From Podarcis gaigeae (taxonomy: Eukaryota), in assembly GCA_964106915.2 (NCBI GenBank), contig OZ066914.1: a stretch of DNA of 64,000 nucleotides; one strand, given 5' to 3'. Below the pieces are notes generated by a model. That model worked only from the letters and a program-made list of their open reading frames with translations. It searched no databases and was not told where the DNA came from. Of this stretch, positions 32,999-46,900 are shown one piece after another. Position 1 is the stretch's first letter; each line of letters opens with the position of its first letter. The position numbers were made by a program, and so were the translations under genes.

Positions 32999-34943
32999 TC
33001 AAACAGGCATGTACCATTCCATGAGTCCACGCGTTTGCTGAGGCCAGTCCCTGCTGGGGCCATTTGCATTCCCTGTCTGCTGCTTACCATTAGCCACTTT
33101 CAAAGAGCTGCTACATTCATGAGTTGGTGGCATGGACAGCTGCCCTTGCGCTGCCTCAAGCCACAGTTCCAAGAAGGTTCGCACAAGCTCCTGCAGCAGA
33201 GTGACGTAATGGTTGGAAACCACAGCGTTGCTCTCAAAGAGGTGGTTGCCCAGGGATGAGAAAAGACTGCGCTCCTCACTCACATCTGCCAAGATGGCCA
33301 GCTGCCGCGCCAAGAATCCGCGGTGGCTGGAGTCTCCAAGGAACAAAGAAGGCAGGCCAACAACCTGCTTTGCTCTGCGGATCACCTTCCGTACGGACTC
33401 TGCCGGGAGGTACTTTCTTCCCTTGCTCTGCACGCACAGCAGGGCGCTGCCCGCGGGCACACCCTTACAAGGGCACAAGAGGGCAGCGCGGCATTCGGCG
33501 CAGGAGAGGAGAGGCAGCAGCTTCCCCAAAACAACGCAGGAAATGCAGGCGATGGCGTCTTCCTCCAACTCGTCCAGAAAGGCTGGGGCTATGCCCTGTG
33601 TCTCTCGTGGAGGCCCAGTGCCCCAAGGCAAGCGCCAGATCTGCCCGCGAGCCAGAGGCCAGGAAGCCTGCAACTGGAGGTTAGTTCTTCTGCGTAAGGA
33701 TATGTCAAGCAGGTTTGGTGGATCGAGGCCCAGACCAGAAAGAGCTCTGTTCAAGACAAGCCTGTACGCCCGCTGGAAGGTCCATGCGGGGCCAACACCT
33801 TTGTGCCCACGGGCTTGCTGTATGGCTCCCCTGCACCACTCCAGAGGGTCCAGGCTCCACCAACAGGACAGCAAAGAAGCGGTGGGCTCGTCTTCTGCCT
33901 GTAGGTGGGTCTGCGCCAGCCACTGAAAGCTGCGCAGGTTCACCAGGAAGCCAATGAAGCCCCATCGATGCCTGCTCAGCCCTACCAGCTCCCCGGTGGC
34001 CGTGCGGAGTTTGCGAAGCAGGTTCTCGTACTCGTTGCAGAGGTTGTTGAGGGCGCTGGCACTAGCGCGGGAGAGGGGTGCCTTGAAACCTTTCCCATAG
34101 TTGCTGCAGCTGCTGCATGCGTCAAAAATGGCACTCAGCAGCCCGATAAAGTGGGCAGTGGCTTCATGACCCTGAAATTGAGGCAGGCCGAGCCTTGCTG
34201 CAAAATGTAAGGCCTGAACCGTGCCCTCGCTGAACAACTGCGTGGCCCCATTTCCCCACACCTGCTGTTCCTGCGAGCTGATCGCTCTGGCCTGGCATGC
34301 CGCCTGGAGCACCACTTCTTCCTGCAGAGCCCCGAGATGCAGGAGGTAATCCCAGCAGACCGCCTTGCCGCTCACCTGGAGGCTGCCGGCGGCTTGCAGC
34401 AAGCGGTGGATCAGCGTCAACAAATGGCTGGGATCGAAGTAGTATGCTATTTCCAGCGTAGGAGTAGCTGGATGGAAAAATGTGGACTTGACAAAGAGGC
34501 CGTCCACCACCACTCCCAGCCGCCTGGCTGTCTCGATATTGGGAGCTGTGGCATCAGACGTCACAGAGACCACCTGCACGCCAATGTCGTACAGTTTGAG
34601 GATACAGTGGCATAGGAGCTGGGCTTGTATGTTACCTCTAAGGGTGGCAAGGAGGAAGTAGCCAACAGGCACTATCCACCGGCCTTGGAATCCAACAGCC
34701 ACAAGCAGGAGGGCTTCTCCGGCTGCCGAAACCTCATCCGCATCATATTTACCAGCACCAAAGTCCATCAAACCATGCAAACGCCCGGTGGAAGGGTCAT
34801 AGTGGCTTCTCCTTTCCAAAGGGATTGAGCCCATAAGGAGAGAGCACAACTTGAAGGTTTTCTCCCCTGCTTGAGATCTCTCTGCCAGAGCATCGAAGGC
34901 TTGTTGGCTGAATCCCGGCTCGTAATCCAGGTTTGAGAGCCAC
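32999..34943 (-). CDS. THAP9-like exon 6 (transposase core, GTP-binding insertion, C-terminal domain)
   Basis: ctcatag|[14 protein letters not shown]... runs in frame into the 616-aa ORF 32999..34849; aligns to THAP9 WLSKCQPSPGF...CSLL...MDFG...VTSDATA...ATQLFSE. Confidence 0.95.
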
Positions 34944-37900
34944 CTATGAGGGAAGAAGCATGGGAAAGAAAGCTAATCAGCTCCATGTTTGGTTCAAACA
35001 AAAATCTTTCTTCTACTGCCAAACCCCAGAGCCTGAGGATAGTATGTTTCTTTGCCCTCGTGCTTATGAGAAATCAAAGCGTGATGTTACTTTCATAAAC
35101 TATTTTAGGCCATGCTTGTGCTAGAGGGCCTGAGAATAGTTCCACGTGGGAAGGCAGAGCCTGCATCAGTTCTGCTTTGATACTCTGGTTCTCTTTGCAG
35201 TACAGTGGTACCTCGGGTTACATATGCTTCAGGTTACATACGCTTCAGGTTACACACTCCGCTAACCCTGAAATAGTGCTTCAGGTTAAGAACTTTGCTT
35301 CAGGATAAGAACAGAAATCAGGCTCCAGCAGTGCAGCAGCAGCAGGAGGCCCCATTAGCTAAAGTGGTGCTTCAGGTTAAGAACAGTTTCAGGTAAAGAA
35401 CGGACCTCCGGAATGAATTAAGTACTTAACACGAGGTACCACTGTATTTGAAATCAAGAAGAAGAAAAAATCTCCCATAAACCATCAGGTGAGCTCAAAA
35501 GCCTGTTTCCTTCCCAACACACCAAATCATCCATGTGGTTTCCTTTAGGCTAACAGTGCATTTGGCACAGTTTGTGTAGGTCACTCTTGGGTTGCTTCCC
35601 AATGGGCTCCTAGTGCTATCTAATTGTTGCCTTTCTGTAAACTACAAGAAGAATCACAATTGACTTTATATAGTACAGGGCACTTTGTGCTTTTCCCACG
35701 TGTACATCCCCACCACATTGTGTCCAACACTCTCTACCCCACTATTTTATGAGTTCATTTTTTAACACCTATATTTTAATTATCACTGGAAGATGTTTCT
35801 GGCTCTTGAAATTAAAGAGGCACATCATTATAGCACGGTACTTTGATTTTGTTCCTTCCAAGTGCCGGTTGTGTGGTTCTGTGATACACGCGCCTTTGCT
35901 ATGTCTGCTTTTCTTGATGTTTCCATAGTCGAAAGTTGTTTCCCCCATATCTGGGTGCTCACAGAATAGCAGAGTAGGTTTTCTAGTGACACATCTGTTT
36001 TTAGTGTTTTAACCGATTTTTACCATTTTGCATTATATCTCTTGTACAGTGGTACCTCGGGTTACAGACGCTTCAGGTTACAGACCCCGCTAACCCAGAA
36101 ATAGTACCTCGGGTTAAGAACTTTGCTTCAGGATGAGAACAGAAATCGTGTGGCGGCAGCGGGAGGCCCCATTAGCTAAAGTACCTCAGGTTAAGAACAG
36201 TTTGAGGTTAAGGATGGACCTCCAGAACGAATTAAGTTCTTAACCCGAGGTACCACTGTAAACCACATAGAGACTATTGTAGTTAAGTGGCACGTGCGTC
36301 TTATGATATTTTTTCTTTGGTGCCACTGAGTGTTTGGATGGATGGGAGAAGACCAACCAATTCAGACTATCTTTCTTAGGTTGCAATCCTATATGTACGT
36401 ATGTGGGACAGAGAGAGAGAGAGAGAGATCATACTTTTTTTGAGAGAGCAAGACATATTTCTGAGAAAACCTTTAGAGGCTTGCAGTGATGCTTATACCT
36501 CCAAAGTCTAGTTTTATCAACTAGCACAGCTGTTTCCTTTTCCTTGTGAATTGTCCATTCCTCTGCTTCCTCTTGCTAATCAATCTGATCTTACTTTAAC
36601 CTCCAATGGATGAAAAGCTTAACTTCTCTCTCTCTCTCACACACACCACACACACACGGGACACACTACATTCAAGTCTTTTTGTTCACCTTGGCTTTCC
36701 CCTGATCAGAGTTTTGGGCATCACTTACCTCTCTCAAATTGCTTCCATACAACAATGTGATGCCAAGCCAGTGCAGAGGTTGTACTGTCATGCTGTACTA
36801 AACAAGGGACAGCCCAGGTTTAAATTCTGACTCACTCCTGAAGCTCCCTGGATGACCTTGGGTCAGTCACCATCTCTTAGCTTAACTTGCTTCGCAGGGT
36901 TGTTGTGAGGATAAAATGGGGGTTGGACATAGAACCAAGTATGCTACCTTAGGTTCCTTGGAGGAATTTGGGATATAAACATAGGGCCCAATTCAACTAA
37001 CCAGTCTCACTTGTGGAAGCCTGTGCAAGGACTTCCGCTAGTGCAATGAAGGTTTATCCCTATCCTCCCACTGCATGCCCCCTCAGCTCTGAGGTGGTCA
37101 GGAGAACCCCTAGAAGAGCAAGCCTGAGCTGACAGTGTAATCTGTTTAGGGCTACACTGAATTCCTCCCACAATAACCCATGTAAAGTGATCAATCAGTT
37201 GGCTAGTACATTACTCAAATGTTTCAAGGTTCAATTCCAGTAACCATGAAAGATTAACCATTTCCCCCCAGCATGCCTTCAAGGCCAGAGGTTTCTTGAC
37301 CAATTGCATTTGGTGAAATAGCAGTGCAATCCTAGCCTTGTCTACAGAAGTCAGTCCTATTGAATTCCATGGGGCTTACTCAGAATAAACGGTGTTGGGC
37401 AGCAGCCTAAACTATTGTTTACAAAAGTCCATGCATCGATAGTCTTCATGGTGCCACAGGCATCCGTCTGCCCCTTGCAGGATGTCAAACTCATTTTTAT
37501 CTCAGTCATCCAGCCCTAAATCCTGGGTTACCAACAGTCATATCTTCATGGTTTGTCAATTTCCTCCTTTTGCCCAATATTGCATTTTTAATGAAAGCTT
37601 TTCCAGGGGATCTGCAAATGTCTCCTCTGAGGAACCTGATTTTCAGATTTGGCCTCTTCTTTTTGGAACAAAGGAATTTGCCCTACTTTCCTTGAGGGAT
37701 TGTTACATTTCCCTGGAATTTGGTTTCCGGCAACCTGAGTGAAGGCATCCTTGATACAGGGCCTCTGAGGGTGGAATTCCCTTCCCCTCCAGATAACATC
37801 TACGGCAGCTCTTAGAAGTTTTTGCAGCTTGTGAAAAACCTTTTTTTATCTGGACCTTTGGCTGAATTTCTCTCTCCTCTGCACCTCAAACTTCATATTT

Positions 37901-40900
37901 GCCCTTGTGGGTTGTTTGATGTGGAATTTACTTGTGTAGCATGAGAACAGAGGAAGCTGCTTTATACCAAGTCAGACCACTGCTTCATCTAGCTCCACAA
38001 TGTCTGCTCTGGCTGGCAGAAACCCTTTAGGATTTGGGGCAGGAGCCTTTTCCCAGCTCAGGGACTGAACCAGGGACCTTCTGCTTGCAAGTCAGATCCT
38101 CTGCCATTGTGGTCCTTCAGAAGATGGCCCAAGAGGTGTCATTCATGTCTGAGCAGTCAGTGGCAAATCTTACAAAGAAAGCTTGCAGACTACGTTCAGG
38201 AGCTCCTCTAGGTCTGTACGTGAGGTGTCCCGACACAACAAAGTAATGTGTTTTCAGGCATTCCCCACCCCTCTTTCTTTTCTCCCATCTTAAAAGTGTC
38301 ACACTGGAAAAAGTAGTTTCTTCAGCAAGCTAGAATGCATATATAGTGCCTATGTCTGTGCACTGTTGCTTTGCAACGTTTGCCCCTAGTTAACACAAAT
38401 AAGATACAAATAAGAAAGACATACGTGCGAAGGGTGGTGGCCTCTGGGAGCTGGAATGTCTTCTTCACGAATTCATAGGCCTTGGCTGAGAACAAATGCA
38501 GCGAGACGGCAAAGTTGCGGGTGGCAGCTGGGTAGTTCTCACACAGGGCTCCCTCACACTGCAAAGTGAGCTGCAGGTCTGCTGAAGTAAAGAGGGTTCC
38601 TCAAACAAGGGATGGACAGTGAGGTGAAGCTAATTTGGGGGGATGCTGCAGAGGAAGAGTCTTTAACATTGGCCTCAGCAGTGACTCTACTGCGTTCAGA
38701 CTGGGGGCTAGAAGAAGATTCAACATGCTCTATTTTCATGGGGAGGGAAACTGAGTCCAAAACCCAGGAGGATTGGGTGACCAAGAAAGCAGAGAAGGGT
38801 GTACTTAAAGTTATTAAGGGTTTGGGGAAGTGGGGGAGATTTGTAGCAATTGCATACCAAGCCAGTTGGAAATGCTGAAGAGGTAATCAAATGGGGTAGG
38901 GGAGCTGAAACAATGCCAATATATTCCACATCTGGCAACCAATGCGCTCCTTTGGTTTCAGATAGTACATGGGCAGATGAGTCTAAAAAGCCCAGGACAC
39001 AATTTTTTCATGGCCTTCTAGCAGCTACGGTGGTACATTTACCAGAAGTAATGTATTTAGTGTTAACTCTGGAAGTGTATACTTGATACTGACCAAACTA
39101 AGCCTCCTAAAGCAAAATATACATCAGGAGGCATAGTTTGGTTAGAATCAAGTATACACTTCCAGAGTTAACACTAAATACATTACTTCTGGTACGTGAG
39201 CCACTAAAGGGCTGTGAAAATTACCCCACTCATCTTAACCAAGCCTTGAAGCTGGTTTGTATCATGGCTCCCTCCTTGGAACCTTGACTGATTCTGAAAC
39301 TGCACTGGTCTTATTGTAAAGGCCCTCTGGCATGAAGAAGAGCCCCTTGGGCAAGGCGTACGGTGCTTACCGCTGAACTGGGAGCGCAGCATGTGTTCCA
39401 TGTCCTTCTGGAGGAGATGCTGCTCCCGCAGGCTCTCCAGCACACTCCACAGCTCCTGCTGATAATAGGAGAGGCGGCGTTGGGCTGCGTCCTGCTCCCG
39501 TTCAGTCCCCTGCACTGGGCCAGTGGGAATCAGAGACTTGGTTCTGCTGCCCATAGCTTCACTCAGGCTATACTGATGCTCCGCTTGGATGAGTTCCACC
39601 TACAGGAAGACAAAGAAGACCCGTTGCTCCATCTCTTTAATTCGCTCACCATAACTTCCATGTCCTCCCGGCACCCGATGTTTGTCCATGCAGATTTTCC
39701 ACAAAGGGCTGGATTTGGTTATTCCTGAAAGCTAAACTGACTTCACCTTTCTCCTTTGCCTTGATTTTCCTTTTAGCCTCTCACCACAGCCAGAGTAAAC
39801 CCTTCCCAGACTCCCTTCTCCCATCAGATTCACAATAGTTAGTGGATGTGGCCACTTTCCCTCTTTAAAGCTAACTTAGGATACCGTGATGGAAGTCAGG
39901 TTCTGCAGGTTCTCCAGGAGGAAAGAATGTAAAGTTCTACCTTTGTACAGTAGGCTGGTTTCTACTCACACTTACACACCACCTCCATCCAGGCCCACAG
40001 GAAGCATTATTTGAGGTCAAGGATAAATTCCAGCCAGGCACAAACACTCAAGGAGGACGCAATCTAACAACGAGGGATGTGGCCTTGGAAGAGTGGGTGT
40101 GGCCTGGGGAGTGTCCTGAGGGCCAGAGAGGGACCTGGAGGGCCACATTTCACCCATGGGCTTGAGGTTCCCCATCTCGGCTATAGGCTTTGTCCAAGTC
40201 CCTATGGTAATATAAGCTACATGCTACAGCATTTAGTGACACAAAGTTTTGTAATTTTAGATTCTGGACTTAACGGTCTCCTGGTGGGGAGGAGGGGCTC
40301 TTCATATGGTAATGTGCATTACTTTTTTCAGAATTTGGAGCCAGCTCTGCTGTGTTTAGTGTTCTCCTGCTCATTCTTCTGTGCAGGGCCCTTGACCTCT
40401 GCCCCAAAGTCCTTCCCAACAGTTGCATTGCTGGCATTGGAGAAGGCACCAGCTACCCTCGCTGGTATACGTACTGCTTTGGCTTGTGCAGGCGATGAGT
40501 CAGCTGCTGGAGTAGCTTCGCTGATACTAGCCACTGGCCAACTGATGCCCATGGTTTTGACAGACTTTGATGGATGTTTCCCTTTTGTTGGTTCCTGTAT
40601 TGAGAAAGAGTTCAAATGAATTAGACACAGCAATTCGACCAAAAAAAGAAAAAGGCCTGGTTTGATAATTTAATGCTGTAGTAGAAGGCAAAAGTGAACA
40701 AAAAATAATCCCCAACAACATTGCCATGGCATTACTGGAACTAATTAAGCATACTTCAAACATTAGAGGCTGGATCCAGGTTATGCCTTAGTCCCATACA
40801 ATTTACTCATGACTATCTTAAGTTTCATCAATTTAACTGGGTGAAAAGTTAACCACTGGGTTGCAATCCTAGATACACTTATCTCAAAGTCCCACTGAAG

Positions 40901-43900
40901 TCAGTGGGATTTACTTATGTGTAGACATGTGTAGATTGTGGCATTATGTTTGATCCAACCTACTCTCTACGTTATTTATTCATTGTCAGGCAAACCCAGA
41001 TTTATTTCAAATGAAGAAAAAAGGCATTTCTGAGACCAGAATACAGATGAGGGCTTACGTATTAGAATAGCCATCCACTGCAAACCTAATTCACTGCACA
41101 ATAAAGGTAACATTGTCAGAGACAGTTGTTCTCTTAGCCTCCTCCGTGGTGTGCTGGTTTTCCAGTGAAGTGTCTGACTTCAAACACAGAATTCCTCACC
41201 TGTGCTATGAAATAGTATAGTCTGAAGGTTAAGACACATCCCTTTTCCTCAACACCAGCTGTCAGGCATGGGAAGGGAATGAATTCTGGACTCTCGGAAC
41301 AGAGACACGCAATTCAGTGCTGCCTACACTGATTTGACAACAACTCTCCATGGTTCCAGGCAGGAGTCTTTAGCCAGCATAGAATCATAGAATTGGAAGA
41401 GACCACAAGGGCCGTCGAGTCCAACCCCCTGCCAAGCAGGAAACACCATCAAAGCACTCTTGACATATGGTTGTCAAGCCTCTGCTTAAAGACCTCCAAA
41501 GAAGGAGAGTCCACCACACTCCTTGGCAGCAAATTCCACTGTCGAACAGCTCTTACTGTCAGGAAGTTCTTCCTAATGTTTAGGTGGAATCTTCTTTCTT
41601 GTAGTTTGGATCCATTGCTCCATGTCCGCTTCTCTGGAGCAGCAGAAAATAACCTTTCTCCCTCCTCTATGTGACATCCTTTTATATATTTGAACATGGC
41701 TATCATATCACCCTTTAACCTCCTCCAGGCTAAATATGCCCAGCTCCCTTAGCCGTTCCTCATAAGGCAGCGTTTCTAGGCCTTTGACCATTTTGGTTGC
41801 CCTCCTCTGGACACATTCCAGTTTGTCAGTGTCCTTCTTGAACTGTGGTGCCCAGAACTGGACACAGTACTCCAGGTGAGGTCTGACCAGAGCAGAATAC
41901 AGTGGCACTATTACTTCCCTTGATCTAGATGCTATACTCCTATTGATGCAGCCCAGAATTGCATTGGCTTTTTTAGCTGCCGCGTCACACTGTGGGCTCA
42001 TGTCAAGTTTGTGGTCAACCAAGACTCCTAGATCCTTTTCATATGTACTGCTCTCAAGCACTACCTCGAGATGCCAGACATTGCACCGGGGGCCTTCTAC
42101 ATGCAATGCAAATATTCTGCCCCTGCATCACCTTGCTTCCCCATTATTATCAGTGGGATATGGAAGGAAAACTGGTTTTGGAAGTAAAGCTTTGCAGTCT
42201 TTTCAGACAGAGGCCTAATCTCAAGCATGCCAGTTCTTCAGGTGCAGATTATTGTGAACTGTTAGTCGTATATATCAAACTTCCTAAACCATTTCCGATG
42301 CTGTTGGGCTACAGGGTACACTAGAAAGGACTATAAAAATCTATGCACAATGACAGCTACAGAAAGTACACCAAAGGCAAAAGAAAAAGAAGAAAATTGC
42401 ACAGATGAATATGATTCTTAATAAAATGCTTCTTAATAAAAACTGCTTGGAACATTCCCCCACCCCACTGCAGCACACCTAAGCATATTCCCCCCGCCCC
42501 CACTTTGACGTAGTGGGGACCATATCCATCTCTGCAGCTGTCCCTTTTTTTGTTTTAGGACTATGGAAATCCTCTGCTGAGCCCACAAGCCGGTGGCAGA
42601 ACAGGAAAAGTGCTGGGAGACCTTGACCTTGATCAAAAGCTGCAATGCTAAATGCACTTACACAAAGAGGGGCACAACCAATAGGATACAATGACACTTA
42701 ACCTCTGACTAAATATGGATAGGACTGTTGGAAATGTTTGATAACAAAGTGTATAAGAAAGAAGGGAAACTCTGCAATGTGTCTTCCTCTGGGAGAGTTA
42801 TCAGCTGAAGTGGGGGATACAAATTTTCAAAATAAGATAAATCCTGTGTATGTGTGTGTGTGTGTGTGTATCTCAAAAACTACTGCTACTTAAAGTGTCC
42901 CTGAATTTGGTGCATTTGCCTGACCACCTTATTCCTGCTATTCCCTGACTCTTCTGTGTCTTGTCCCTCTGTTGAAGGACAAGGGTGCCAATATATTGAC
43001 TACTGTACAACACTTAACATACATTTAAGCACTTTAATAAATAGATTTCCCCACTGAATATTGCTCCCAGTACAGCAATCACTTCTTTGTTCCTGTCTTC
43101 CATTTCTACATACTATATTTCATGTCAGGCTATCATCTGGACACCCCTTCTATTGCCAACAAATGGTCTGTCCTAGCAGGTATCTGGATAAAGAAGTTCT
43201 TTTGTGGCTCCTTTTTCACTATATGACCCTTTGTCCGAGCAGCTGAATCAGAGACTCATAAAATGTGTTGGCACTTCTTCAGCTTTCCAGTTCCTGCTAT
43301 TACTGAGCAAAAAGCTGATGAACCACAGTTCTTCTCTTCCATTCCCTTTACACATACACCCCCAAGGCCCACTACCAATTCCCAAACTCTCGTCCTCCCT
43401 TACTGCATTATCCTTCCTTCAACCCAAGTTTGCAAGTTTAAGTAAATCCTCTCCCTATTCTGAATCCTGCTGCTTTTGTCAATGTGCCTTTTTCATCCCC
43501 ACATTCCCACTTTCAATTCACGCTCTTGCACCTATGTTCAGTGGATTACATACTAGGAAATGCGTCTATCTACTCAACTGTCTTCAAAAATAAACACAGT
43601 CACCTACAGCTTATTTTTCTTCATTTAACGGATGTTCTTAGAAGCCATTGCTTCCTGAGCAGCAGGGGTGAGGAAACGTGGGCGCAAGAGCTGCACTGCC
43701 CCATGGAGAACCTTACAAGGGCCATATGCAAGCCATGGAGGAGGCCAGGGCAAAATTGGGTGGAGCACCGGATGGGACTCTGATCTTAGTACCATAGGCT
43801 ACATCCTAGTCATGCAAAAGTCATAACAATCTGTACTCCCTGACACCCACATACACACTTCTTTCCATTCACACAAGCAAAAGGCATCATCACAGACATC

Positions 43901-46900
43901 TTCCAGCCAGGCAACAGTTCTCAAGGAGGGCACAGAACAGGGACAATGAAGGGTGTGGCCTAGTGAGAGTCATGAGGGCCTGAAAGAAAAGCCTAGAGAG
44001 CCACATTCACCCTCAAACCTGAGGTTTCCTAACACTGCTGAATGAGAAGGGAAAAGTACCATGGAAAGTGAGGCTGTATCAAATCTTATTCCTATGCAGA
44101 GAAGACCCACTGAAACTAACAGACATGACTAACTTGGGTTCATTAATTTTAATGGGCCTACACCAAGCAAAATTTAGTTGGAGTCAACCCTTAGAGGTTG
44201 CAGGTTTTAGACTGGACCAGAACTTGAGGTAGCACATATTTTAGGGACAAAGGAGATCTAGTAGGAGAGCCCTTGAGGTTAGTAAATGAGAACCAAGCTG
44301 CAGCTCAGAAATCCCTCAGTATGTCCCAAATTGCTGAGCAAGGCAGACAATTAAAAAGTCCAGCTAAGCTGCCAAGGTGAGCTGCACTACAGCTTTCCTG
44401 ACCAGGGAAGAGTCACTAGCAGGAAGCCTTTCCTGTCCTGTACAAGGAAGACAAACATCCCTAATGCCAGCAATTCTTACATTTCTGCTGCCTTCACAGA
44501 AAACCAGGGGATGGGATCGGAAGCATCCACCTCTGCAGCTCTGTATTGTCAGAGACTAGGAATGCTGACAGAAATTATGAGGCATTTGAGGGACCTGGGT
44601 AAGATTTAGGGATGAGAACCAGCCTTCTTGTTCCTGTACCACAACTCTTTCCCCTCTAGAACAGCATGACTCACACCAAGGAGGACAATAGTTAAACCCC
44701 TGGGAAGTTAGTTTGCTTCTGTGAGTTGTGCAATGTCATTTCCCCACCCCTTTGGCTATAAAAAATTCAAATGACTTTCCATTCAAATGAATTTATTTCA
44801 ACTTTTGGAAAGAGGCAAGGAGGGTGCACTCTCCCCAGGCGCTCATTTTTTGGACTGAGGTAGCAAATCCAGTTATTACACCAGGGCCTTCTCACAGGAT
44901 GTTGCGGTTACCTCACTAATCCAAACCAGATGTTGAGGATCCCAGAGACTATTGCTTTCTTCATGCAGCAACCCAGGCCTCTCCAAGATGTGAGCAAGAT
45001 ATCAAGGCTGAGAGAAACCCCCTCAGAAAGTCCTAACAGTACCAAATAAGGCGACTCCATTTAGAAAGCATTTTGCATCTGTCTAGTTCTTTAAGAGGCC
45101 TGTGATTGTTCTACAAAGGCCCCAAACTAAACTCAGTTCTCCTTCTGTGAGAAGGATTACAAAACAGGCCACTATGAAGGCTGAAGCCATGTACAGCCAG
45201 GTAGGCTGCATCTGGATAAAATCACTTCTTTTGGGATGCTTCCCACCTCCACCCCGGCCATCTTCTGTGTTTGTCATTTCCTTCTACCTTCTATGACCCA
45301 AGATGAAAGCTTTCAATTGCCATAGGTAGCGTAAGATCTTCTGCCTCAATCCACAAAGGAGATCTACCTAGCCCAGCATCTTGCTTCAAAGAGTAACAAG
45401 CCACATGCTGCTAGGGACTTGCTTCAAATCTTAATGTAACCCAGGATACCCTGCCCTCTTGGACATTTTGTTCCTGCTGTAGCATGACATTTAACAACAG
45501 CTGTACATACTGAAACTTTTCGTGGACAGTGCTTGCATTATTCAGGGACTGAAGACAAGGAGGCAGGGCACTCTCCTGAAACAAACACTTGGCAGTTAAG
45601 AGCAATGTGCCTATGTTGCAGCTTCAGAGGCACACAGATCACCCATTCTGAAAGAAAACAACAGGAAACACAGGACAGAGAGCCTCAGGGAGCTACGTTT
45701 TGGGCAGCCTATGCACTGATGAATACAACCAGCAATAAAAGGGGAGGGGGGGAAAGGCCCCACATTGCAGCCAAATCTGATGTTCCCTCTTGTGGCAAAA
45801 CCAAAACCTTATTCTGTGCAGAGATTCTTTTAGATTGGATCAGCAATACTTCCAGAAAAACACCTCCCTACACCATGGAAGCGTGGAAAAAAGATTAGAT
45901 ATGAAGCAAACACAAAGAATTATGAAGTGGATATAAACAGTGAAGGACACACAGTCTTTTTAAACGTCTTAGCAAGGACAGAAAACATGATGTTCCGATG
46001 TTGTACAGTACTAAGAAACTCTGCCAAAGCCCACCAATCAGGGACTCTAGGTGATGGTGCCCACAAATGGAGGGAGCCAGCGAACTCTTATTGACTCAAA
46101 CACACACACACACACACAAAGAGCAGATGCCCCTTCATCACAACATGAGAAACCAGCAGTAACTCTGCTGCTGGAAGCCCCAAAACATCCCAATAAGCAG
46201 GGGTTCAAGACTCCTTTTGCTGCTCTCAAACACAATTTTGTAGCCAAAACACGCAAAGGAAAGGAAGAAGATCCCACCCAACACAGCACTCATGTTGTTC
46301 CCATAGCACATAAAGAGCCGATCCCAAGTGGCGCCGGAAAGAGGCAAGTTGAGGGGCAGTTCAAGGTCCAGGCAAGAAGTGTTCCAGTCTGGTACTGAGG
46401 TCTTTGAGCTGGAGCTACCGGAACCACACCCAGGGGTCCAGCTGAGTTTCATGAGCTGTTGTCAAAGAAAGACTCCCAAGTCTGGTACTCCCATTTACGG
46501 ACAGGTTTCCATTTGCTGTTTAAAACATTGTTGCTCCTACAAGCTCAGGGTCCATCCAGCCTTAGCTTCTGAGGCCAAACTCTCCCACTGTGCCAACTGC
46601 CCCACAGCGGCCTTGTCCAAGAGTCCCAACTTACTCATCTCCCCAGATCTAGTCAGGTCTGGGGCTTTGCTAAGTACTGGGGGCTCCAGGTCATCCTCAG
46701 ATGAGGAATTCTCCAGCTAATACATAGCACAGGGGTAGGCAAACTAAGGCCCGGGGGACGGATGCAGCCCAATCGCCTTCTCAATCCGGCCCACGGACAG
46801 TCCGGGAATCAGCGTGTTTTTACATGAGTAGAATGTGTCCTTTTATTTAAAATGCATCTCTGGGTTATTTGTGGGGCACAGGAATTCATTCATCCCCCCC

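Noticed and set aside
33213-34828. Plus-strand ORFs up to 237 aa over the transposase exon
   Set aside because: Antisense shadows of a GC-rich coding exon; no recognisable domains.
46635-46717. Possible additional THAP9-like exon ([13 protein letters not shown]...EM A|gtaagt)
   Set aside because: Weak acceptor and phase 0-1, which would break the frame between exons 2 and 3; no THAP9 similarity.
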